64,000 nucleotides of DNA from contig JAHLWZ010000849.1 of assembly GCA_020536535.1 (NCBI GenBank), positions 1 through 64,000 on the forward strand. The letters run 5' to 3'. Made by a program: the position numbers and the translations under genes. A model generated the notes under the pieces. The model made no database searches and was not told the origin of the DNA. It worked only from the letters and a program-made list of their open reading frames with translations. Source of the stretch: Pelomyxa schiedti (Eukaryota > Protista > Evosea). Below are positions 1 to 11,900 of this stretch, piece after piece. Positions within the stretch are counted from its first letter, which is position 1. Each line of letters begins with the position of its first letter.

Positions 1-519
1 GTGAGTGGGGGCAATACTCGAATCCTCTTACAGTGGTTGTTAACAAGCACGTCCCCGGTGTGTGAGCAACACTTCTTCACAACGTAGTGAAATCAATCTG
101 AGGATTCCAGGCTGGAGTCTTACAATGGGGATTTCCTTCCTCCTTGGGCAATAATCATCAGCGCCGCACAACAATGGATGCCGGCGGAGGTTGCAGGAAA
201 AAATGCTGAAAGCGGCCTTGATGGTGATGATGCATGCTCCAACATCAATCGACTATTTGTGTGTCTATCCAGGCATCTTGTCCACCACGAATATATGTGT
301 TGCCAACATATGCCGGGGCAACAGCAATACAGCTGGTCCGGTCCACCACCCAGGAACGATGGGGGGAGCCCATAACCAACCAATCACGTTCACGACCGCA
401 ATCACGACGGACGACTTTGTAGTAGCCGACAACCCCACGATAATGATGCCACGTCACGGCATCCCACAATTGCCACGCGGACCCCGCCGTCTCGTCTCGT
501 TCGGGCACGGGTGTGTTGT
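1..519 (+). repeat. Dispersed repeat / gene relic, copy A (inverted copy at 44552-45316; truncated by window start)
   Basis: 1-120 matches the reverse complement of ~45205-45316 and 122-519 matches the reverse complement of 44552-44990. Both encode NGDFLPPWAIIISAAQQWMPAE...HHEYMCCQH. Copy A lacks ~215 bp present in copy B. Confidence 0.9.
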
Positions 520-590
520 CAGTGCTTTCTGCTATAAAGCTTCGCCCCAAAACCTCCGCCCCATGATCCAGTTATGCGTCGCTCGACGCG

Positions 591-1670
591 ATGCAGCCCG
601 TGTCGTCGCCGTTCACGGTGCGCAAGGTTGTGGTGCTGGCCAACGACCCCAAGACAGCCAGGCCGTAGTGGCGATGCTGGCGCCGTCGTCTCCCGGTGGC
701 ACTCAACGCGAGCGCGGGGGCACCCAGGACGCCGCTGGTTGCGAGGGCGCCGTCGTGCGGCGTCGACTTCGTGGCCACGATGCTGAATGACAAGGTGCGT
801 GTTGTGTGGTTGTGCTTGTGTTTTGTTTGTATTGTTATTGTAATAATTATTGTATTGTATACATCTACAAAATCAATGTAATGTTGGCCTATTATTTGAG
901 CATGCTTGTGGCGAGGAACCGCGGAGGGGTGGTTAGACGAGGTACCTTTGCCACAATGCTTGTGATTTTTTCCTATCTCTTGTCTTTTTTTGGTTGTTAT
1001 TTGATTGCTTCGTGTTTATTTCGGTTCGTTGATATTTAGGGATGCTGAGAAGTGGTTTGATAAATGACTTGCATTTTACTTTATTTTCCAATTTTGTGTG
1101 AATTAATTCTTTCGTGTTCAGTGTGTATTGCACCTTTGGACACTTTGGGGCAATGACAAGTATCACTTTCTTCTATCTTTTGGAAAGTTTCTTCTAACAC
1201 ATGGATAGGTACGTCTCAGTCATGAGCAACGTGTTCCGGCAGTGCACTGGCGTGGTTTATGTTTACAACACCCACAACCTGGATTCCTTCATGGAAGTCA
1301 AGTCCCTCAACACAACAGTCGAGAAATATGCCCCGCAAGCACCGAGACTGCTAGTTCCAAGGTCCGAGAGTGACACCCGCACCCTTGGTGACCCAAGACA
1401 CAGCTCAAGTATATTACCCATTCCCTTTATCCATTAATTTCGGATTTTTTATCATCCAAACTGAAAACTAAATTCATCAATCTTCTTCAGCAATGGGCCA
1501 AGGCAAACAATATCTCTTTCTGTGGAACTTCATCCGGAGGTGCAATCATGGATTCCATTGACAGAATTCTGGCCACTGCACCTATGTAAGTATGCTTAAA
1601 TTTTCCACAGTTCTCACTTTTAACAGAAAAGGGAAGAAACACGATTTTGTGACAGTCATTGCAAGGTAAA
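591..1670 (+). pseudogene. Degenerate Ras/Rab-superfamily small GTPase-like sequence
   Basis: Spliced fragments in GTPase order: RKVVVLANDPKT (G1 position), PSCGVDFVATMLNDK (TIGVDF-like), LHLWTLWGNDK (LWDTAG-like), YVSVMSNVFRQCTGVVYVYNTHNLDSF...APRLLV, QWAKANNISFCGTSS. In-frame TAG near 666; G1, G3 and G4 consensus lost. Confidence 0.6.
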
Positions 1671-1878
1671 ACCTCCTCATACAACTATAAAATCCCCTCT
1701 TTAATCACTGACAGTTTTGCGGCGGTTTCATTTGGGGTCTAGTGAAACAAGGACAGTCCTGCAGAGGTATTCATTCCACACTTTTGGGCTGTTCATTCAC
1801 TCCATTTCCACAAACACATAAAGTGTGCAAGTACCCAGTTCACCACAAATGTGCAAAACGAGCTGAAGAAAAAACCTC

Positions 1879-3960
1879 GTGCTTGTGAAATTAAACGACC
1901 CTCCCAACTCTTCTGAGCAATTACACAGGAAGAATTGGTGCAACAACAGATTTCCTCGCACCACCACAGCTATGCTTCCTCCAAGACCAAAGGCCATCCC
2001 CTCAGAGGTAGTTGTGGTAGATGATGATGATAGTAGTAGACACGGTGGCCTAACAAATACTTACACAACCACAACAACACCAACGAACACCACCTCTCCT
2101 ATTACCACAATACAACCCCATTCTGCTATACTTACCCCCCCAGCCTCAATGGGGACTGGAACAGCAACAGGCGGGATAAGGACTGGGAGGAGCAACTCAA
2201 GGCAGAGTCTAGGCAGCAGCAACTACAACAACAGGAGCCAGAGCAACAGTGCTGCTGTGCTGGAACAACAGCAGAAGAGGAATGCATGCGTGTTCGAGGA
2301 ATATGAGTGGCCCGATAACTGCATCCAAGTAACGGGTGCCATCCACCGGGGTGATAGGCTTGGGTCTGGAACGTATGGGACAGTGCTCCGTGGCTCCATG
2401 TTGGGCAGCCCTACACAATAAAGGATATCCCTCTGAGAGGAGATGGAGCTACCCCTATTGGCAAGGTCAAATATGAGGCCATGCTTTTGAGGAGTGCAGT
2501 ACATATATACATTGTGCCGTTGCTATGTATGTTCTGTTTTCTCCAAACTTCACCTCTTTTTTTTTCACCATGGCATGGCATACATTCATGGCATTCCTTT
2601 TAATTTCTTTTTTTCTTGTAGATGTATGCGAGACAAATGACGTGGCTACTTTTGTCATGCCAGAGATGGCAGCTGACCTCCATTCGTTGATACAAAACCC
2701 TGCTGGTATTCCTGGTGGTGTGCCCACTGAATTCGTTTCTTGTATCTGGGCCGATTGGTTTTCTGCGATGCTACTGATTGCTCTTCAAACGGTGAGTTAG
2801 TTTACTCTCCTCTCCTCTCGTCTCCTATCCCCTACCTCCCCCTTTGCTTCTTGGTTTCTTTCTTCTCACCAAAACCAACCCTAATAAACAACACAGTCAC
2901 AAGCCCTACAGCACCTGCACGAGATAGTGAGGGCAATTCACAGGTTAGGACCCTCTTTCTTCTTCTCTCTATCTGAGCTTTCAAAAATTAACATTGACCT
3001 AGGGATTTGAAGCCCAGCAATATTCTGCTCCAGAGGCATTCGGTAGCATCGCAGAAAACCAATCGGCCCAGATACGAGAAACGAATTCAGTGGGCACACC
3101 ACCAGGAATACCAGCAGGGTTCGAAGCTATGTGGCGCCACGATCCCACAATGAGACCCAACATTGGCACAGTGGTCAAAAAGCTCAAGGAAATCACCCTC
3201 GAGCTCAACATTCCCCACGACCAACCCCGGACAGATCGCTTTGGGCTTGAATTGGAAGTCTCGTGGAACAAGTTCAGTTCGTACGTAACAGCAGACTTGA
3301 ACCAGAAACCAGAATCGATGGGCGCCATGAAGAGGTCACCACTAGGTAACCCACCCAACTCCCCTCAGAACAACACACAGTCAAAAACAAATTTCCAATA
3401 CCACCTCCGCAGTCACTCATCCCCACTTTAGGTATAGGCCGCGACTTAACCGCGAAGCAGTTCTACAACCTCGCACAATGCTTCGGGTCATTCCCAGCTA
3501 ATCAGGCCCATTTCTTATCGGTATGAAGTACGTGTTCTCTGACAACGCACTAACAAAACACACCCTCCAACATAGATGGTGACACTGTGCAATCAAGTCT
3601 GGTTTGCTGGCCTCATTGATGAAGCTGAATTGCGCGGGATGCTGCACCGCACCCCTGGATCTTTCCTGGTGAGGAAGAGAGTTGCCGGACCCAAACGAGC
3701 ATTTGAGATATGCTCCGTAAGAGAGGGGGAATTTCAAATAGATGAGTAAGTGTAACCACAAGAAACCACAACTACACTCTAACAAACTAATTGCAGAATC
3801 TACGGGGCACCTGGTCGTTATGAGCACTTGAAAACTGGCATTTATGCCCATTCTGTGACTGCTCTGGTGTGGCGCTTGCACAAAGAGCGGGTGATTGGGT
3901 GTCCTTGCACCCTCGCCAATCCTGGCTGCTCTGCTGACTGTACATCAAACTCAAAATGCC
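1879..3960 (+). pseudogene. TKL kinase-SH2 (Shk-like) pseudogene, paralog of 40219-43416
   Basis: GSGTYG loop; 1-nt frameshift at ~2410 just before YTIKD; spliced IHR|DLKPSNILL; DFG-APE region missing and replaced by an inverted fragment; subdomain XI AMWRHDPTMRP; SH2 WFAGLID...PGSFLVRKR at ~3597-3742. Confidence 0.85.
2696..3121. repeat. 79-bp inverted repeat (arms 2696-2774 and 3043-3121)
   Basis: The arms are reverse complements with one mismatch (tgtatc/cgtatc). The peptide NPAGIPGGVPTEFVS-IWADWFSAML appears on both strands in the ORF track. Confidence 0.95.
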
Positions 3961-4248
3961 CCGACCCACCCTACTAGTGAGTGTTGTCGTGGTCACCCAG
4001 TGCAAAAACAAGCATACAACTGATCCCAACAACCTCACTGTGAATTCAAATGTTGAAAAATTGAAATCTTTTTCGTTCTCCCTTTACCTGTACCAGTTGG
4101 CACGAAAGGCGGTAGGACGATCATGTATGTTGCTGCCACAACACCAACAAAAATCATTGTGGGTCTCTGCTCGGTACATGTCCGTCTGTGGAGCTGGAAA
4201 GAAAAAATAACTTCCTAGTTTCAACAACAAAAAAAGCACAAATTCCCC

Positions 4249-5478
4249 ATGGACGACGGTACCACCGGATCAGCGACTGCAAGTTGTGTCAACGACGTAA
4301 CGCACTATAAACCAACGACCGGGCAATGGCTACCACCCCCTCCTTCTTCGTCGTCTCCCCCGCTGCTAGCCCCCGATACTGTCGACACCGCGAATGGCGC
4401 GCGAGGATCTCAGCCCCACGCAGTGCACACCTCGCAGCCGCGCCGTCATCCCCACCGTGATCAGCAGCAGCAGTTGCCAGATACAGGGAGGGAGAGGCAA
4501 CCGGGCGAGCGGGAAATTCCGGAGACTGCAAGTTGTTGTGGTGGGCGTGGCGCGGACGTTTTAAAGAAAGTTCGCGGTGGTGGGACTAAATGCGTGAGGC
4601 CTCTTGCTTCGTGTTCGTCTTCTTCTTTTTCTTCGTCGGTGTCTCGCTCCCAATCAAGTAGTGGTGCTGCCGCTGCGTCGGCGGGGGGCGGGGAGCAGGG
4701 CGAGGAGCAAGCTCTGAGGGCTAGATTTGTAACAACGGCCAACCAACTTACCCAGCTGTATCTTCAAGGTTGTTGCTAGTTTATCATCGGCGTTGCAGGA
4801 TGCGTGGTTGTTGCTTCCATTAGTAACTGAATTGGCACCTCACACGCAGGCGTGCACTCACAGAAAAGAGCTAGAGAAGCTGGCTTCTCTGCATGTCTGG
4901 CATTGGTTCGGGAATTTGTTGAACAGAACTCCGGCACTAATGGGTTCACTGACAGTATTTCCGCACAGTCTTTACTACAGTTCCTTCAGACACTCAGTCC
5001 CAACCAAGACCACACGGGGGACACGTCACAGTCTACTCCCGCACAAACTCCGGTATTTCCTACTTGTGAGATTCTCTCCTCCTTGTCTTAGGATTTAGTG
5101 GGAGCACATCAAGACAGTAAGTCAACTAACACACTCATCTTGCCTCCTTCTTGTTAGGAAACTAATGAAGGTCCCATTTTCTCTTTCGAACCAACTTCTC
5201 CCCGGAAACGCCCTTTCGATTACTCAGGTTTGCTCCGTTCAATCTTTCACCCTATATTAAGGTCCCCCACAGATTACTATGATAACTTGACTTACTTCAA
5301 GCAAATGAGAATTTCAGATAACGTCACACCCAGCACTTCCACTGCACCCATAATTCTTCAACCCTCTATTCTCTCAACTACATCCCCACTTCCACCACAG
5401 AACGCACCGCACACAACAACCACAACCGGACACACTTTCGCAACTCTTCCCCCTCCCTCATGCAAAAACAAGGACTGA
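4249..5478 (+). CDS. HAPSTR1/C16orf72 (UPF0472)-like protein, multi-exon
   Basis: Spliced EEQALRARFVTTANQLTQLYLQG|VHSQKRAREAGFSACLALVREFV (intron 4769-4849) resembles the F..AA..L..LY...G...L..V core of this family. Low-complexity flanks; RKRP basic patch. Confidence 0.55.
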
Positions 5479-5948
5479 GGGCAACGCACACCGTTCCGGC
5501 AGGTGAACCGCTGTCCCCAAATAGCCGCACTCCTCCAAATTTCCTCCACCGCCGTCCGCTAATGGTGTGTATGAACATGAACTATCACGACCCATACACG
5601 GAACATACAAAGCCACACGCGGCCCCTATTCCCCCAAAGGTCAAATCAATCTCGTTGGAGCCAATGGGTATTACGCTAATTGAGAATTTTTATTCTTTTC
5701 CTGTGTACGTCTGTGCTCAAATCGGCAGATGAATTCGATGTTTCGGGAAGGCCCGGAACAATTTCTATATCACAGGGACGAATACGACGAATACGAATGC
5801 GAAACTCCCGGGAGAAAACGCCTCCGATCTCCCCCTGTTACAAAAAGAAAAAAAAAACCCAAGCACAAACACAAACATCACAACACTTCTCTATTTTGTG
5901 ATCTCACGGACGTTGTTGACGGCGCACACGATGATGTTGTTGATGAAG

Positions 5949-8900
5949 ATGAGCGGGAGATCTTGGGTGCACGGGTGGCGCAGAACACGAGTTTTCACGG
6001 TGATTGGGGCTCTGTTGGCCATTTGCACTCTGAGGGGTGCAGTTTCTGCTCCTACTGCTGCGTGTTGCGTGAATGACGTCACGTTGTGCGGTGTGAAGGG
6101 GAGCACAACCACTTGTTATTCTGATACAAAGTTCGTCTCAAATGCGAAGCCCCAGTTCGTAGTCCAGAGGTAGTAGCCCAGTTGTTTGTTAATTCGCTTC
6201 TCAGCTTTACCTAAGGGACTACTGGTACAACTTGAACTCCACACTCAAGTCTGGTATCTCAATTTCTGGTAGTGACAGAGTCTACTACTACCACACTGCC
6301 AACTGTGCGTTTACTGAACAGTATGTCAAAATTATATTTTGCTTTCAGCCTCATGTAGTACTCATGTAGGGCTGAGGGAGCAAAACCCTTTATGGCATGG
6401 GGTGATCCCCCTTCCAAGTACTGGACTGTGAATCCAGAAACTATTCCATACAACACCATTCGTAAGTACCCTTATTATTTTCATAGACACTTACAGTCTA
6501 GAGCTTTGCGGAATTAGGATAGCATGCTATGATAATAACCAGTGGACATATTCTTCTGATTTTAATTTTACCTGTAAATTTTTCCCTAGTCCATTCCTCA
6601 GTAACACACTCTGGTATAGATATTGCCACATGGACATGTTCTTCATATATAGAAGCCCCAAAGATTACAATCCCTACTGCGGGTACTATTAGTACATACA
6701 ATGTTCCGATTGGATCACAAGCAAGTGTTTCACTAGAGGTGAGATTTCATAATATGTATCACACATTCACCTGGCACAGTGGAGTTGGGCATCAACTGAC
6801 AAGGTTACGTGCGTGTGCAAATCCTTCAATGTTACTCTTAGCTCCCTGACTGACGCGCGATCTATAATAACCGTACCCCTCCCTTCTTTCCAGACCGGTT
6901 TTAATTCATTAATTTTACATAAAAAAAGAGTGCCACTTGCACACCACAACGCAACGATTCTGCTAAAAGTTACTTTACTTTGACCCGAAACGTGCCCAGT
7001 GGTTTTTGGAGGATGAATGTTTCAATGTCCAATGCCAGTAAAAATCAGTTCGCTTTTAGCCGTAAATTCACATTTTATAGGGGATCCTAGTATTGTGAGA
7101 TCTATTGAATATTCGAGAGTGTGTGTTCAAGAAACACCTACCACTCCCAAATTAATCTCCCCACAAGTGTGTAAAGAGATTACTCAAATCCCATATTTAA
7201 TGATGATCAGAACAATTCTGTGGTCCTTGATCTTTCTCCGCAGCTTATATGGAATTCCTCATCATTTGGTTTTAGCTGTGTTACTATGGATACAGCATAC
7301 ACAGTCAGCATAGAATCCCTTGATGGAAGTTACTCAGTTCAGACTTCACAGGTTTGGGCTATTCAAATATTAGCACAAACCCACTTGTAATAGAGTCCCT
7401 CCGGGGTGGCTACAGTAACTTGGCAAGCTACTGATCTGCCAGGTGATACTATGTTTAAATGGAAAATCACTGCTACCAAGTCTAAAAGTGTAAGTAGCAC
7501 TTTTAGGTGCTTGTCTCACATTTTCATAGGGAGAGTCTCTCAGTGCCACTTCAGAAACTTTTTATTTTTCAACTTGTGTTCTAACTGGGCCAACAACCCC
7601 CACACTGGGGACTGAAAATTATAGTACTCTCACCACCACACCCCTTTTCATTCCCTCATGAATCCTCTAGTTCTAAACCCAACGAAGTTGGCATGGCAAG
7701 CTCCTAGTAGTTGGGGTGAAGTATGTTCGTTGCCCACGATATCCCTGTATGACGTGTATGTCTCAGTGCTTTCTTGGTTTGACTTATCATCTAAAATGAC
7801 ACCGGGTATCAAAGAAACAAAAAGTCTTCTTAACTTAACACTCAGTTTCTAGTTCCCATAGTCACAACAGAATTTCTTCTACCTTTCTTAGAGGATAATG
7901 ATTACTTTTGGAAAGTTGTAGCTGTTGGAACTGGGGGAAACACCAGTTCAGCTACCTATCAATTCACCAGTATAGTCCCAGTTCCTCGTTGCTTTTAATG
8001 TGCATTGAACTATTATAGTTTGTACTCCATCAGAACCCTATGCTCCTGCCCTTTATTCACCCGCTAATGCTACAAGGTTCATCAACTCTGGGTTATTTGT
8101 TACTTTGGAATGGGTTAGTTTTTGCTGTCTTCTCCTCTGTCTCAGTTTTATTAGATGAAAGTAACCAATTGGGGAACTGTTTGCAGAACAAACATATCCA
8201 CATATGACTTGCTACTTGATGACGTCTCTATCCTCAACACAACTTCGAAAACAACAAGCTTCACTACAACCCAGGGATATCACAAGTGGACTGTAATGGT
8301 ATCTCCCCAGATACTTTTTTTTTTCTATTGAAGGGGAAAATAAAATCAAATATAAAATTCGACTAGAAGGAAATATATTTATATTAAATCTTCCTGCAGG
8401 CATATAATGGACATTTCTTCAGTGAAACATCAGCTGAATTCTATTTCTACATTTGTGAGAGCACCGCTCCACAACTTCCTTCTCTCTCCTCAATGCATCC
8501 ACAAGAGAACGATACAGATAACACATTTCGACGGTTTCTTTCATTCTTATATGCAACCGTTCCCGTTTGACATCTTCCCAGTACATTCAGCTGGAGTGAT
8601 GTTAGTGACTGGGGTAATTCCTGTGAAATGTAAGATGCATTCATCACTTCGTACGTTAATGACACCAACTTAGGACCACCAAGCAATATTCTGTTTCAGT
8701 GCGGGACCCCACTGGAACTATCACACATGTTTTTGTTGAGAGTCCAACTGCCTCTACGTATATGGTACTTCCGTTAACGGGCAGGTACTCTTGGTGGATA
8801 ACAGCTTTCAACGGCCTATCGAGTGTGCTATTCCAATTCTCAACGGTGCTTCTTTTCTCATTAAAGGCAGACGCCACTACATCAGTTTTGTCATGGGATG

Positions 8901-11900
8901 TTTGTGTTCCCGTTGCTCCTTCCGGAATTGTCCTTGTATCTCCTATCTTAGGGTCTGTGATTTACACCACTGGAAGAATAGAGTTCTACTGGAATATTTC
9001 TGACTGGGGTGTACCGTGCCAAACACCTGAAAAAACTTTTTTTTTCTACTTAGGTATTGCTTGGAATAGTTCCATACAAGTCTTAGCCTTTTATTACCAG
9101 GTTCGAGTTCCACAAGTTTGACCCTTCTTGGTACTACCACCTCCTCCAATTGGACCATTTTGTTCTGCCCAGTCAATGGCACACTTTATTGGGGAGTTGC
9201 TTCGTCAAATGGCGTACTGAACTCCACAATTTTTATCTCCTCATTCATTTTTAATGAATGCACGAACTCGGGCCCTGATGTGTGCTTTTTTTTTTTAAAA
9301 CAAACGTTATTGCTCACTTCAGTCAGACTGTGACTCTTAAAAACCCCACGATCAATACAACAGTGACTACAAATGTAACGACGTTGTACTGGAATCCAAT
9401 TATAAAGTTGCTCTCCTTAACGTAAATCCTATTCTTACCAACCCAGTTTTGGCACGAACTGTGGAAATTTGTCCTACCCACATGAGTACCGAGTTTTTCT
9501 TGGTAGATTGAACAACGCAACAGAGTTTTGCAGGCTATCATCCAGCTCTGATACTCGTATCACGACTCCAGTATTACCAGAAGGCTGGTGGTCATGGTAC
9601 ATTGCAGTTTATAATGGGTTTCAGCAAAGTATCTCCTCAGCCTGGCAATTTTTTGTTTGCTATCCTGTTCCCCCTGGCACACCCATTCTGTCAACTCCTT
9701 CCAACTATTTTTTTATTTCATCAGTGGTACTAGATTGGTCTGCTGTCAATTGTATGCTCAATTCTGCACTTTATGGCAATTTACTCCCGACAGGGGGGAA
9801 GTCCTGCGGAGAAAGTGAAAGTTTATCCTTGGCAGTCGTTGGAGGCACACTGGACTTTTCGACTAGCATACCCATAACTAGTTCTGAATACGTTTTCACG
9901 GGAGACTTCTTTGGCAATTACCAAAAATACACCTGGAAGGTGACCGCCACCAAAGGGGGTCACGTGGTTTCCTCTGAGACAAGGAACTTTACTGTTTGTC
10001 TTCCCCATGCTGCCACGGTTACTTTGAATCCTCCCAGTATTCCTTTTTTTTTCCTGTCCTTATTTGGGTTTCACATCCTGAAGAGACTGACTTCTATAAT
10101 GGCACTGTTGTTCTGTCATGGGACGCAACAGACCCCACAGCTAATAGCTGTGGCAGAAGTATCTATTATATTCTTTATATAAGGTCAGCGGCCGACTCCT
10201 CCGAATTGTGGATTAACACCACAGAGACCAAGTAAATCGTCCTTTTGCAGATTACTCTCTAATATGTTTTAGACGAACCTTGATTTTATCTGAAGCCAAA
10301 TTCAACTGGAACGTAAAAGCTTATAACGGTCTAGAAGGACCTTGGGGAGATAATAGCAGTACAGTTAGCCCTTTTTTGATATGTATTTCCGTGAGGCCAA
10401 GGTATTTTTTTTTACTATTAATTCCAAGTAATCAAAGTCTAGTCCTGCTTCGTATCTCTCACCTACTAACGGTTCCATAACTGTTGAACCAATTTGGCTT
10501 GTGTGGTCATCAACTGTGTCTTTGGGCAAGGCGTGCACAGGAACTTCTCCAGTAACTTATTTATTTGTTAATGGAGGAGGTTTTGGGGAACAACTGGTGG
10601 CGACAAAGCTCTTCAGTGATGCTCCACAGTGGTACTTACCTGCGTACTATCCATCTGGTTTGTTCTTGGCTCTCGTTGTTGTTTATCAACACACAAAAGG
10701 AATTTACTATTGGAGGGTTGTATTCTTTAATGGCGAGGCCAATTCCTCTTCAAATCCTCAAATGTTCCAAGTACCCTTTATTTCATCGGCCTAAGAGTTT
10801 TCAGGTTTTCTAAGTGTGTCCCTGAAGCACCTGGCACTTTTTCATTGCTTACACCAGCAAACAACACCATTACACCTCTCTCACCCAACCAAATTCTTTC
10901 CTGGTCTTCATCCTCTATTGGTGAGTCCTGTACTCGCTCTCAGACAATGACATACAGTATCTACCTGTCTCGTTCAAACCCCCCAGCGTTCTTTACGTCC
11001 ACCGACTCTATTTCGTTTGCACTTAGCGACTGGACCTTTGCCGTGTGGTATTGGAAGGTGATTGCTCAAAATTCCTGGTACTCAACAGAATCCAGTGTGG
11101 CCGCATTCAGAGTAAGAAACCCTGCATAACCTCGGTCTTCACTTACAGATCTAGATATGTGTTTCTTCTCCTCCTACTTCAGCGGAGATGGTTTCCCCCC
11201 TCACGGCACAGTATATCGACTCCCCTAATTTTGACTTGAAATTCCTAGCGACATCGAACTGGGGCATTGCGTGCTTAAGCAGCTTGCCACAGAATTATTA
11301 TAGTGTATGTAATTATTCTTATTTCCCTTCTCTAACAAAAAAGCAAGGTTTCCTTTGGGAGAGCTGAGCAATTCCAAACGTTCACCATACCAGGAAATTC
11401 TACAGGCCTAATCACTGTACCGGTATACGTTTTCCCTCAGTTCTGGGTTTTTCACACTTTTTTTTTAGGTCTACAACGTTTCACAACAACAGTGGTCATG
11501 GCAAATCACTACTTGTAATTTGGAAGGCAAATGTATAAGTAGTATGAAAAGTGTATGTGCAACTAAGTAATTTCTCTTCTAACCAACAACAAGTTTTTCA
11601 AAGTATGCCAGCGACCTGCTGCAACAACGTTGCTTTACCCTCTAGATAACACATCTGCGCTATTAAATACAGGTACTAAAAAATGTAATGCCATACCTCC
11701 TCTCTTAACTTCGAGACAGGTGTGAAACTTCAGTGGGCTCCTTTTACAAGTGAAATGGTTGGCTCCCCCTGTGCGGACACCCTCACTCCTCCAACGATAT
11801 TTGTTTACATGGAATCTATTGATTCTCTGGGGCAGGATGGGATACCCTACAGCGTCGTATTTTCTGCACAATCAACAGCTGCAACAGAAACTGCCGAAAT

